Assembly (NCBI GenBank): GCA_965113315.1 | Contig: OZ220364.1 | DNA: 64,000 nt | Direction: 5' to 3' (one strand) | Source: Podarcis vaucheri | Taxonomy: Eukaryota | Shown here: positions 22,801-44,893 of the stretch, in pieces | How positions within the stretch are numbered: the first letter of the stretch is position 1 | Layout: each line of letters opens with the position of its first letter | Made by a program: the position numbers and the translations under genes | The notes under the pieces: model-generated | What the model was told of the DNA's origin: nothing | Seen by the model: only the letters and a program-made list of their open reading frames with translations | Databases searched by the model: none

Positions 22801-25800
22801 TAAAGTACTGGACTCAGACCTGGAAGACTAGGGTTCAAATTCCCAGTTACCCATGAAGCTCACTGGGTGATCTTGGACCAGTCTCTGTCTTTCAGCCTCA
22901 CGTACCTAACATACCTAACCTGGACTGCTTTTCCCACTAAGGCAAAGGGTAGAATACTAATAAAGAGAGCAAAATAGAAAGACCAGATAAGAATTCAACA
23001 AGAACACTGTTATTCAGAATGGAAAGGTCTATGTATTTTTAACTGTATTTTACCTCCACAGGGACACATCTGGGCAAGGCAGATTCTGCACCATATTTCG
23101 TTCCTATTCCAGAGGGGCCCAGGTAATCACAATTCTGCCATCTCTAAAATATGTCACTGTAAAGAATTAACTAAAAAGAAAAGAGCTACAATAAGGGGTG
23201 GGGGAACTATACTTACTTATTGTACTACTTGCTTTCAAGAATTGTTATACAATTTGTTGCTGCTGAATAAAGGGAGCATCCTTTGAGTCACCAGAAATAA
23301 ATTATTTTAGAGAAATGTTCAGATTTGTTAAGTCCTCAGTCTGCTCCTCTTTTTCCTGGTTAAATAAAGGAATGGTTACACAAAATTGTGTGATGTACTG
23401 TGTACCTTATATATGTGTCAGGCTGATCTAATCTTCTTTATTCACTCAGGGCGTGATATTGGTATATGATATTACAAATCGCTGGTCATTTGATGGCATT
23501 GATCGATGGATAAAGGAAATAGATGAGGTAAGACACATATCTGAATGTTTCATATAATGCCTAAGAAAATGATTGAACTACACGATGACTGAATGAGATG
23601 GCTAGAATGTGGGTGGCTGAAAACTCATAACAAATCCACTTGAAGGTGGCCTAAAACCCATTTGAAAGAGTTTGCAGTAGCAGGGAGCTTTCTTTTCTGC
23701 CATCAAAAGACTGTGTCACCTTAGAGTTGCTGTGGGTGGCAAATGGATACCTAACTGCATGTCTTGACTATCGAGGGAAGTAATTGACAGCTTGCTGTGA
23801 CATGTGAGACATTTTGCAGATAAAATTGCTTATATCCTGTTTGCCTTAAAGTCATTCCCTTTCTCAAACACTATATTTGGATTTGGATGACACCAACTCT
23901 TGTCCAGTTCCTGATCTTCCTCATAACATGCAGCAGGTGGCCTGTCAGATGATTCCAAGCATTCCTGGTGCTTATTCTACCTTGATCAATAGCAGTTTGA
24001 CTTCTGGCTTGGTTTTCAAACTGGGACTGCTGTAGTTGCCTTGGTGAATGATTTCCATCTTCAGTTGGTTGTGGTAACTCTATCAGACACATTTGATATG
24101 ATCGACCAGAAAGTTTATTCTTGAAACTTTTACATACCCATAATTCTATGTTGAAGGGTTGTTTTTTTAAAAAAAATAAAAATTCTGCAACTTATATTTG
24201 GCAAAGCAGTACATTTTTTTACCACCTGCTGATTCTGTTTGGTTATTATATTTTCTTGTATTGGGTTTTCTTGATGGAATCCACCTATAGCACAGCACTA
24301 TGGACAAAGGGAATTAAAGAGTTTGTTGTTACTGTTGTTGTTAATAATCAGTATTTTGTTGAAGAAGAGGGTGAGAGACTTCTAAGCTAACATTTTGCTG
24401 TCTATCTTTACTTAGCATGCTCCTGGTGTACCCAAAATCCTTGTTGGCAACCGCCTGCATCTGGCCTTCAAGCGACAAGTATCTACTGAGCAGGCACAGG
24501 CCTATGCTGAAAGATTAGGCATGACATTCTTTGAAGTAAGCCCACTCTGTAATTTCAACATCACAGAGTCCTTTACGGAACTTGCAAGGATTGTGTTAAT
24601 GAGACATGGAATGGACCGGCTGTGGAGGCCAAACAAAGGTAAGTAACACAAAATCATTTGCTTTATTGCAGCGGGGCGTCTAACTCATGAGCCAGCTCTG
24701 GGCCAGCAAGCCACAGGAAGTGGTCCACTAGCCCCATGAAGCTTTTATCTCCTCATATCAGTGTTGTGACGCTGAGCACAAGATGAGGAGCTAATCTTTA
24801 AAGAACAGGCAGAGAGAATTGAAAAGGAATAGGAAGACTTTTGCCCCACTCAAAGAGAGAGTGAGAGAGTGAGAGAGTGTTGTGTATGTGTTTGCGTGAG
24901 AGAATGCTGTGTGCTTGCAGATGTGGTGAGTGTGGTGTATGTGTGTGTGTGAGAGAGAGTGCTCTGTTTGTGCACACATGCAGCATAAATTTACATTGGC
25001 CGGGCTGGGGAGCTATGTTAAAAAACTAATGGTGTTGAGCAGTATGCAGGTTGTAGATTAGCCACCCTGCTGTAAACAGTATGACAATTGAGCGCCAAAC
25101 TTGGGAGCACCCTTCCTCCCCACTTGCTTCCCTTGTCTGCTTTAACCATGCTTAGCATTACATCTGTACTAGTACTGGACATGGTTAATATTTACAATTT
25201 CCAGAGAGTGAGTCATGCTAGTCTCTTGCAGCAAAAACAACAGAGTCTTGAACAAATTTATCACGGCAAAATCTTTCACTTCATCAGATGCACAAAGGAA
25301 ACCGGTGCTTCATATTACCTCAGGTGTGATGGATATTTTGGAAAGGCTTATAAATTGATAGCTCTCCTTCTCTAAGGTGGAAGGAAGGAGAATTTCTACC
25401 CCTAAATAATTTGAATAAGTACCTGCAAGCTATACATGGGTTGTTAGACTAAAGAGGTGACTAAAGTGGATGTTCAACGTTTACCTATAATTTACTTCAG
25501 TGGGCCCCTGGAATTATGCTGCCATCTAGAGCTGGAGGTTGTAGTATTGCTTCAATTTAATTTATCTATTTATTTATTTATTTATTTATTTATTTGGCTG
25601 TTTTTCTTTTCAGGGGGAGGGTTGTGTGTTGTTAGAATTTTTTGTATTTTCTTCTTCCCCATTTTCCTCTTGTTAAATCGTTGCAACATCACCTTTATTC
25701 ATGGAGACAAGCCATAGTTATGGGGATTCAAGGTAGAATTAGGAAGGAACTTCAGAAGCAGTGAAAAGAAACAGAACCCGAGAGCTCTGAAAAATACAGT

Positions 25801-26137
25801 GAAGTCAAAGCTGTTATGTCATGTTATGACTAATCTTAATTCATGTTTTTGTTTCTTGTTTTAAGTCCTGAGTTTGCAAGATCTTTGTTGCCGCGCCATA
25901 GTTTCATGCACCCCAGTGCACCTTGTGGACAAACTTCCACTCCCTGTTGCCTTAAGAAGCCATCTCAAATCGTTCTCTATGGCCAATGGACTTAATGCTC
26001 GGATGATGCACGGACGTTCCTACTCTCTCACTGCCAGCAACAACAACAAAAGAAATAGTCTGAAGAAAGCCAAAATTATCCGTCCACTCCAGAGCCCTCC
26101 GAAACACTGCACCAGAAATAGCTGTAAAATCTCCTAA
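10677..26137 (+). CDS. RAB40B: Ras-related protein Rab-40B (small GTPase plus SOCS box), complete 6-exon CDS, 278 aa
   Basis: Exons 10677-10818, 22388-22448, 23062-23122, 23450-23527, 24416-24638 and 25866-26137 sum to 837 nt. Motifs: [26 protein letters not shown] box [14 protein letters not shown]-terminal CKIS. Paralog B is assigned from its position between FN3KRP and WDR45B. Confidence 0.95.
12459..12697. mobile_element. Tc1/mariner (pogo/Tigger-like) MITE, subfamily B
   Basis: CAGTGGTACCTC...GAGGTATGACTG ends, TA TSD, CpG-rich interior. Confidence 0.8.
15701..15776 (-). mobile_element. CR1-type 3' terminus
   Basis: catagaatcagagaattgtggagttggaaggg...gtcatctagtccaatcccctgcaatgc; reverse complement of the 61700-61791 type. 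Confidence 0.75.
16900..17990 (-). mobile_element. Degenerate L2-clade LINE reverse-transcriptase fragment (boundaries approximate)
   Basis: Minus-strand translation [16 protein letters not shown]...GLQC resembles the RT GS.LSPLLF.LY motif; strongly purine-skewed on +. Confidence 0.55.
18372..19038 (+). mobile_element. Solo LTR (667 bp) nested in a MITE
   Basis: TG...CA termini; 4-bp TSD cccc; TATAA at 18808 and AATAAA at 18888; the flanks 18335-18371 and 19039-19187 rejoin into one inverted-repeat element. Confidence 0.75.
19198..19343. repeat. Inverted repeat with 23-bp perfect outer arms
   Basis: aataaaatggaaggagtaggagg (19198-19220) vs cctcctactccttccattttatt (19321-19343). Confidence 0.9.
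22388..22448 (+). CDS. RAB40B: RAB40B exon 2 (61 nt)
   Basis: [21 protein letters not shown]. Confidence 0.95.
22787..22915 (+). mobile_element. tRNA-derived SINE fragment
   Basis: A-box tggtttagtgg, B-box ggttcaaattcc, then ctgggtgatcttggaccagtc core. Confidence 0.65.
23062..23122 (+). CDS. RAB40B: RAB40B exon 3 (61 nt)
   Basis: [20 protein letters not shown]. Confidence 0.95.
23450..23527 (+). CDS. RAB40B: RAB40B exon 4 (78 nt)
   Basis: [26 protein letters not shown]. Confidence 0.95.
24416..24638 (+). CDS. RAB40B: RAB40B exon 5 (223 nt)
   Basis: [22 protein letters not shown]...[37 protein letters not shown]. Confidence 0.95.
25866..26137 (+). CDS. RAB40B: RAB40B exon 6 coding part (272 nt including stop)
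   Basis: [27 protein letters not shown]...[10 protein letters not shown]. Confidence 0.95.
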
Positions 26138-26921
26138 GCCTCTGCTTGGAAAGGTTTGGGCCAGAGCCTTTAACACAAGGACTCATAGTCAGGTCTGTTG
26201 TATGTATTGCATTACAGAAACAGAACAAAAAATTTGCTATTTTAGAGTCATTTGTTTTAAATAATGCTGCTTCCAGATGTGTGATGCACTCTGTGCAAAC
26301 AAAGGGATGTGAAACTTTGCTGTTGGGTTTTTTATATATCATTTTTTTGATGTGCATGAAGACTTTGTGTGTTTTATAAAGGGAATAATTTATCACACTA
26401 CTCAGCTTTTGATGACACTAAATCTCAGAAGTGAGTTGTTTTAATTGCTCAAATATTGTTTAATCACTACATTTTATTAGCAGTTAAATAGGAATCAGTG
26501 TCAGTCTGTAGATGCAGGCAGTTTTTTAAACCACAATGTATTGTATACATTGTAAAAGCTACAAATTCTGTAGTGAAACAATTATTTGTGATGTTGCAGT
26601 AGAGCATCTGAAAATGGTTTTGTACTGTTTCCTCAGTGATTTTGAAGCACTGCTTTGAGCTACCAGTGTGTAAATGCAATATACACAAGATTTTCTCCCA
26701 TCCATGTATAAAATATTTGATAAAAGTTTTGCTATGTTGTTTAGGGATTAATCTGTGGTTTATATGCTTATTTTTCTGGTAAATCTACATTTTTGTAATG
26801 GATATTCTAGTGATCAGTTATATTGCAAAATAAGCCAAAGACATCAGATGTATTTGCCACATAGCAGTAAGAAAAATGTGATTTGAAAAGCTGCTTTATC
26901 GGGGAAAGGACGCTATTTAAA

Positions 26922-26927
26922 AATAAA
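26922..26927 (+). terminator. Candidate RAB40B polyadenylation signal AATAAA
   Basis: Ends an AU-rich 3'UTR-like tract and is followed by GU/U-rich gtgctggagtggtttttcc. Confidence 0.55.
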
Positions 26928-27519
26928 ACTCTTTTTAAAAGCTCTAAAAAGTGCTGGAGTGGTTTTTCCTAGTTAAATATTTTCCTGGTCTCCCAAGACT
27001 TGAGGTAATGACTTTCATTTATAATTTGTTCAAGACTTGATTAAAGGGTCATCTCCTACCAGTTTTATCTGTGAAGTCAGGAAGATGCTTTTATTGAACA
27101 GCTGCCCAGAATGGCTGGGGCAACCCAGTGAGATGGGTGGCGGCAAATAATAAACTTATTATTATTATTATTGGCTGATAGTTGGTTTTTAAGTAAACTG
27201 GGGATATTTTTCCACTGCTGTGCTGTTCTGTTTTCAACTTACTTTGTTTTAATATGGTTTTGCTTTTTATTTTATACTGTACAGTTTGATTTGAACTGAA
27301 AACATTTCTGATGGTGTATTATTTTATTTTTTTACTCTGTTTTTCCTTTACTGGGCAGAGTTCTCTTAAGAACAACTGCCCCCTGTTACCCCCTTGGTTG
27401 CCCCCACCATCTTCCAGGTGAACAACCAGACACCATCAATAACACCTGTTGTTTCAGAGCTGCTACTGCAAGGGCAATATCATCTGCCTATGAATCTTAA
27501 TTTATTATTGCAATCTACT

Positions 27520-28245
27520 ATAGGAACATAAGATGCTGGACCAGACCAAAGGCCCACCTGTTCTCACAGTGACCAATGAGATGCCTCTGGGAAGTCCACA
27601 AGCAGGACATTAGCACAATAGCACTCTTCTTCACATGTGCTCCTCAGCAATTAGTATTGAAAGGCATACCACCTTATGATACTGGAGGCAAAAAAGGCCA
27701 TTACATTGATAGAAAAATTATGGAGAATAAGGCGAAGTTAACTCTTAAAGTCATCCAAGTTGGTGGCCATTGCTACATCATACAGTAGCTAATTCCACAG
27801 TAGCTAATTTTAATGACCCTTTTTGTAAATTGAAAAGCCCCAAGTGAAGTAAGCTTTCTGCATAGAGTTGTTCCAGCCCCTTGATCTTATTGGTTTCTCT
27901 TTTCTGCATCTTTTCCAGCTCTGCAGTATCATCTTTGAGATGAGCAAGATTTCAAGTAGTACAACACACACGATTTACACTTTCACTGAGTTATCCACCA
28001 CAACCTCAAATATATTTCCTGCTCAATCACCACCGGTTCAGTGTAAATGAGAAATTAGGGTGCTGTTGTTTTTTTGCTCTAATATACATCACTTTACACT
28101 TGCTTACACAGAATTACATTCACCATTTTAATGTCTATCCAGTCTGGAGAGATGGTCGCGAGTTCCTAACAATCCCTTTTCGTTTTTACCAGCCTACACA
28201 GTTTGCTGTCATCAGCAAAGTTGTTGACCTCATTGCTCACCCCCA
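27520..28245 (-). mobile_element. CR1 LINE 3' fragment with internal deletions
   Basis: RT motif FADD on the minus strand at 28208-28219; tail and 3'UTR homologous to 32340-33345. Confidence 0.7.
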
Positions 28246-28740
28246 ATTCAAGACTGAATGTCTTAATTGGTACCCCTAGGCAAAGGTACTCAGAGCTTTT
28301 CTTCTCTTGTCTTTTTAAATTAAAAAACCAAAACAAATCCAGCCTTTAGCCCTCCTAGAAAGTAAGTTATGAAGCAAAATAGGCAGGTACCCAGTTTCTG
28401 TGAAATGAGCCAACCTGGCTGCTCCTGCCAGTCAGTATTTTTAGCCAATGAATGAAGTCAAAGCTGTGATTGATAAGTGATTTGTTTGAAAACCAGCAAT
28501 AGGAATTCCTGGAGTCGGCAGGATCCGCTGTTTCTCTGTCTCATGTTTGAAAAGCAGTATTCAAAAATAAAATTATTGCCAAGCATAAGCAAAATACACT
28601 TGCCAAGCCAACACACCACACCTCCATGTCACTTCATGTTCCTAATTGTGAAAGTGCTTGATGAAGAAGAAAGGGAGGAAATCATTTCCTAAGCACAGTG
28701 AACCACAAATGAAACACCAGAACAGAAATTGCAGTACTGT

Positions 28741-28971
28741 GTTGTTGTTGTTTAGTCATTTAGTCGTTTCCGACTCTTCGTGACCCCATGGACCAGAGCA
28801 CGCCAGGCACTGCTGTCTTCCACTGCCTTCTGCAGTGTGGTCAAACTCATGCTGGTAGCTTCGAGAACACTATCCAACCATCTTGTCCTCTGTCGTCCCC
28901 TTCTCCTTGTGCCCTCCATCTTTCCCAACATCAGGGTCTTTTCCAGGGAGTTCAGGGTCTTTTCCAGGGAG
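28741..28971 (-). mobile_element. BovB (RTE) LINE, 5'-truncated 3' end
   Basis: tagtcgtttccgactcttcgtgaccccatggac...tcctctgtcgtccccttctcct...catcagggtcttttcca matches the recalled BovB 3' end; (CAA)n tail; 12-bp TSD ttgcagtactgt / ttgtagtactgt. Confidence 0.85.
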
Positions 28972-29437
28972 TTGTAGTACTGTATATGGTAGTATATACC
29001 ATATATTACCAGTGTGTTATTGAAACCAGCAATGTCCTTTGATTATATATGCCTTATGAAAAATCTGTGGTCTGAGCACTTGAAGGTTTATTCCACAGCA
29101 CATTGTCTTAAGCACAGCAACATGTGAAGCATACTGTTATAGGTCTTTAGATGCTAAATGCCCAGGTTTAATATATGTTGGAATATAATTAGAACTGGGA
29201 TCTTAAAATGTGTATTAGGTTCTGCAGACACACTTCAAAGCTCCTGACACTAACATGTGAGAAGCTTAATGAAGGCAGACCCTGTGTGCTAAGTGGGTGC
29301 CAGCCATGGCTAACCCTGGAGAATCAACAAGTGTAAAAGTTAATTAACAGGTAATTTCCTTGTGACAACCCTGGGGACAAGCCATTTAGGCGACACAAAG
29401 GGGTGAAAAGGTAAGCCTCATTTGCAAATGTGTGGCC

Positions 29438-30111
29438 CAGGGCTGGATTTAGGTTTGATGAGGCCCTAAGCTACTGAAGGTAATAGGGCTCTTTATATGT
29501 CCAGCTGTCCTTTGTCAACAACAAATTGTTGCTGTTTTTTGTTTCAGGTAGGTAGCTGTGTTGGTCTGACGCTGACGAGAAATAGATATAAAAAATTTAA
29601 AAAATATCCAGTAGTACCTTAGAGACCAACTACTGGTAAGTTAGTTCAGGGTATAAGCTTTCGTGTCCATGCACACTTCTTCAGACTTAACTGTCAGGGG
29701 TCCTTTACCTTTAAGGTGCAACTGGGCTGTTTTTTGTGTTGAATATATGCTATATGGTAATTTATGGACCTAATAGGTATCTAAAGTCATTTGCACACAC
29801 AAATACCTCGGGTTACAAACACCTGCTAACCCAGTAGTACCTCGGGTTAAGAACTTTACCTCAGGATGAGAACTGTAATTGTGCTGCGGCAGCCAGAGGC
29901 CCCATTAGCTAAAGTGGTATCTCAGATTAAGAACAGTTTCAGGTTAAGAACGGACACAAAACACTGTTGCTGTATGTAGGTGCTGTTGTTTTTTTATATC
30001 TTATATTTTGGAAATGTACATCCAGTGTCCCCCCCCCCCTTTAATCTCCCCCCCCAAGAGAGTGGGGCCCTAAATTATAGCTTGTTTAGCTTATACGTAA
30101 ATCCGGCACTG
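29438..30111. mobile_element. hAT-type MITE hosting two nested insertions
   Basis: TIR CAGGGCTGGATTTA / TAAATCCGGCACTG; nested 29543-29725 (12-bp duplication gctgttttttgt) and 29804-29955 (inverted subfamily-A MITE fragment). Confidence 0.65.
29545..29686 (-). mobile_element. Penelope-like element terminal fragment with minimal hammerhead core
   Basis: gtagctgtgttggtctg...ccagtagtaccttagagaccaac...ataagctttcgtg...cacttcttcaga; minus strand reads CUGAAGA-stem-GAAAGCUUAUAC. Confidence 0.65.
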
Positions 30112-40900
<10,789 letters not shown>

Positions 40901-41779
40901 CTGAACTGATGGAAATTTGTAGGTAGGGGGGAAGGAGATCTGGAACCCCGTCCTGCTTATTCTCCCTTTCCTGAAGAGATGGCCTCTCACTACCTTCAGT
41001 TAACTGTGCTGCTCAAGATGGGACAGATGACTTTAAGAAGCCCAAACCAGTATGGAAAGAGCAAGGCAGAGGACTACTACGTTAACTGTCAACAGCTGGT
41101 TTTAAATGTTAAGTTTTGGCTGCTGTTGTTCCTTCAATTTTCCCCCTTTTTTAAAAAAAATGTTTCAATAGCCTGTGCCTATTGGGTTTCTCTCTGTAAT
41201 TAAACTGTGAAACTTAGTGCCTGCCACTCCATAAGAGTGAAGGGGCAGGAAATTACTAAGGTTTAAACAGTGAATGGGACATGTCAAAAGTACATATAGA
41301 TTTGAGTTCTAGTACCGTGCTTAAGGGGGTGGCAGGAAATCTATACCAGCAGTTTCTGCCTTTGTAAAATGTCCTTTTTCTCCTATCTTCTAATACACAG
41401 AAAGGAATATTATAGCAAGTTGGCTCTTAGTTGCACTTGCTCTGACATAGATAGAATGCTCAAGGTCCTTGTTTTCATGCTGTTATAAATAGATATTAAC
41501 TTGTTTGTCATTTGTCAGAGGTGCCAAAAGAAATCCATAGCAAACATCATTAAAGTACTGTTGGCCTAAATAACCATTCTGCAGGGCAGGAAGTGGCATA
41601 GGACAATGTTGAGATGCTGGGAAAGTGACAGCAAACAGCTTAGATATTGGAAATAACCATTCCAGACACTTCAGTTCTTGATCCATTGGTATTTGCACTT
41701 AGGTTGTGCTGGGGAAGTTCTACAAGTACAAGATAATCTGTAATGGCCAAGAGGGTAGTATACTGAACAACAAGAAGGG

Positions 41780-41895
41780 GGAAAGTGTGATCCTCCAGAT
41801 GTTACTGGACTTCACTGCCATCAGTGCTAGCCAGCATGGCCAAGGATGATGAGAGGTGTAGTTAAACAGCTGGAGGGCTGCAGCTTCCCCACCTT
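41780..41895. mobile_element. Degenerate copy of the palindromic hAT-type MITE in the presumptive WDR45B 3'UTR
   Basis: cctccagatgtt...ccatca...tgatgagaggtgtagt...ctggaggg resembles 5871-6008. Confidence 0.55.
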
Positions 41896-42252
41896 ATAGC
41901 CTGTAAGAAATCCCTATCATACAGCAAGCTTATTATGTGTTCAGAACAAACTAAGCCGCTGTCTCTCTGAACACTAAGTAGTACATCAATCACAACACTA
42001 TATTTTGGGAAATGAGGCATTTGGACACATAATTTGAAGTTACCAATATCATCCCCTTAAAACAGAACTTCAGTTATTAGCTCCCTTGATTTCATGCATA
42101 CTTCAAGATTAACTGAAGTCTTGGTTCAAGTTGAAAAGTATTGGAATTTGTCATTTAACTAAAACCTATATACAGATGTCAGTTTGCATGTTGCTTTTAA
42201 ATGTGTATTTAATCATGGAAATTGTTTTGCACACCTTTTGTAATTTTCTTTA

Positions 42253-42258
42253 ATTAAA
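42253..42258 (+). terminator. Candidate WDR45B polyadenylation signal ATTAAA
   Basis: Follows U-rich ttgttttgcacaccttttgtaat; U/GU-rich sequence downstream. Confidence 0.45.
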
Positions 42259-42304
42259 GTGACTTAATTTGCTGTATTCATTTTATGGTAACAGAAGTTC
42301 TGTA

Positions 42305-42517
42305 CAGTGGCACCTCTACTTAGGCACACCTCTGGTTACGTATCCTTTGGAATATGCATGTGTCAAACCTGGAAGTATTTTTCCGGGTTTCACCGCATGC
42401 ACAGAAGCGCTCTACCGCGCCACAAGCATGTGCAGAACAGGCACCTCCAGTTGCAAAAACCTCGGGATCCGACCGGAGCTCCGGAATGGATCCCATCCGC
42501 AACCGGAGGTACCACTG
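42305..42517. mobile_element. Tc1/mariner MITE related to 12459-12697, opposite orientation
   Basis: CAGTGGCACCTC...GAGGTACCACTG ends, TA TSD; right end reverse-complements to the left end of the 12459 copy. Confidence 0.8.
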
Positions 42518-43191
42518 TATATGGGTGCTAGTTCTGTTCTTTGTTTTAGTTAAATTGCCTAAATAGCTCAAGATCAATTAGGAGTAGGATGCACGTAATC
42601 TATGGCGCTAATAGATTGTATTCAAGAATGTTGCTGAGATTTTTAATTAGTGGACCAGTGAAGGGAAACGTGTTTGTTGAGTCTAAGTGGACAGTCTGTA
42701 TAAGGTAGTTTTCTCTTTCCTATCTGTGTCTCTGGCCAAATTCTTTGACACCAACTTCCAATTCTTATCATTCCCCTTTGTTCTAGGGGTACCCTTTTAT
42801 CATATAGTTTTTAAACAGTAATGTTATCTTTAAAAAACAGGATAATAAGGGGGGGAAACACTTTGAAAAGTGTTGTTTCTTTGCTGAAATCCATCACTGC
42901 AAGTCCCTTGCAAATCTCATAAAACTCAGGTAGAGAAGTAATGTTTGCTGAATTTTTCAAGGAGGATAGGTATGCTGAAGCAAAATAACAGGAAGTTCAG
43001 TTCCATCACCCACAGGTTGAAGTAAGGTAACATTTTTAAAAAATCCCAGTAGTTATTATTAACACTAGTTTGTCAATTGTAACAGCATTTACTTCACACA
43101 CATTTAAGACTTAAAAATGCTCAGTCTTCTGTATTTCACCTTCCATGACCCTCACTGTTATGCATATTGTCTATAAGGATAGTGTGTGTAT

Positions 43192-43211
43192 ACACACACA
43201 CACACACACAC
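43192..43211 (+). repeat. (CA)n microsatellite
   Basis: Direct reading. Confidence 0.9.
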
Positions 43212-43522
43212 GCCTACCTCTGCCAACCCTAGGATAATATTATCTACCAAAGTAGACTTGTTTGAAAGCTTATAATGTAATATACTTTTGCTCCACCATC
43301 CTATGAATGTTCAGGAAAAGAAACTTAAATGTAACATTTGTGTGCATGCAAGTCTCCTTTCTCACTAATGCCATATTCCCACTTGACAGATTAACCTTCT
43401 CCTGTCACTGTTAAAATGAGTTGAGAGGTCTGCTCCCACAGCACATGAAACAAGATTGGATGAACCTTCATCTCCAGTAGGGGCATGTCTGACTGGTTTT
43501 GAAAGAAATGCCGATTAGACTA

Positions 43523-43754
43523 CAGTGGTACCCCAAGTTAAGTACTTAATTCGTTCCGGAGGTCTGTTCTCAACCTGAAACTGTTCTTAACCTGAAGCAC
43601 CACTTTAGCTAATGGGGCCTCCTGCTGCTGCTGCCGCCGCGCCGCCGGAGCACAATTTCTGTTCTCATCCTGAAGCAAAGTTCTTAACCCGAGGTACCAT
43701 TTCTGGGTTAGCGGAGTCTGTAACCTGAAGCGTCTGTAACCCGAGGTACCACTG
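43523..43754. mobile_element. Tc1/mariner (pogo/Tigger-like) MITE, subfamily A
   Basis: Near-identical to 2770-2987; TA TSD at 43521-43522 and 43755-43756. Confidence 0.85.
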
Positions 43755-44887
43755 TACTTACAAACACAAGTACAACCCAGAACAGCTATTAATAGTTAAA
43801 TGCATATGCCATTTCTCTGCACCTGAGCCTTGGCCATGGAAAACACTAGCTAAAATCACAATAATTCATGCATAAAGGAAAGTCAAATTCTGATGAAAAA
43901 TAAGCAATGCTCAGTGCAGAAACAACTTTTAGCAACTGTAGTAATGGTAGTATAATCCAAACACTAGTAGGTACATCGGCTAAGTACAACATCGATACGG
44001 TAAGAGACTGTGCCATGCTGTTCAGAAATGACCCAGAGCTCCTTTTCTGTGCAACACCATTGGGGAAATATATAAACCCAGATGTTGATATAACTAGCAG
44101 GCATTTGCTCATGTGACTCAAATTGCTCGGGGGGGGGAATAGTCTGATTTTGTATTAGCTACTTCATCCAGGCAATTGGCCACTTGGTCCAAGTGCCTTT
44201 GGAAACCTAAAATGGACTTGTATGAAATTTTCTTCTGCAAATGACATCAGCACTGGTCTCAAGTAGCAGTCACACAAGGAGACAGCTGCAATGTCAGAGA
44301 CTCGTAATACACACTTCCATGAAATCCTAGTATTTTTGTGCAATTACTTGTTTACAAAGGCGACTGAAGTAAAAGCTTCACGTATTACATATAATAAGGG
44401 AAAGTGAGTAAGACAAGCAAAGATAGCAGACAGGATACCACTAGCAGACAGGGTAAGGAAGAATTTCTGTATTTGGTAATATTTTATGTTATTACTTCCG
44501 ATGCCTATCCTACTCATGCCCTCCTGTTTCACTTGTCTCAGCCCTGGCAATTGGCATTTTGACACTTTAAAGTTATATCTAAGCTTTCCCCAGTGCTCAA
44601 ATAGCATAGCATTACTTAACCAAGTTTATGGAATGGAAATGCAAGCGTTTCTAGAGTACCCTGCCCTTGGAAGAAGGGGTAGGTCAACAGCAGGTAAGTT
44701 CAAAGATTCTTATATTGAAGGCTATCATTCTATGCGCCCTTACCTGGAACCATGGCATTCTGACAGATGTGCATAGGACGGCAATGTAAATCTTGCTCCA
44801 AGATTCCTACACTGACTATATTGGGTGCATAAGAAAACTTCCAAGTGTGAATAAATTTTGACTGACTTAAGAATTTCACCAGATTTT

Positions 44888-44893
44888 TTTATT
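44888..44893 (-). terminator. Candidate FOXK2 polyadenylation signal AATAAA
   Basis: tttatt on + about 1.9 kb past the stop; another candidate at 45512-45517. Confidence 0.45.

Noticed and set aside
25200-25300. Second Penelope-like remnant with CUGAUGA...GAAA on the minus strand
   Set aside because: Stem II is deleted (CUGAUGA-AGU-GAAA) and the flanks are degenerate, so it cannot be a functional hammerhead; family call uncertain.
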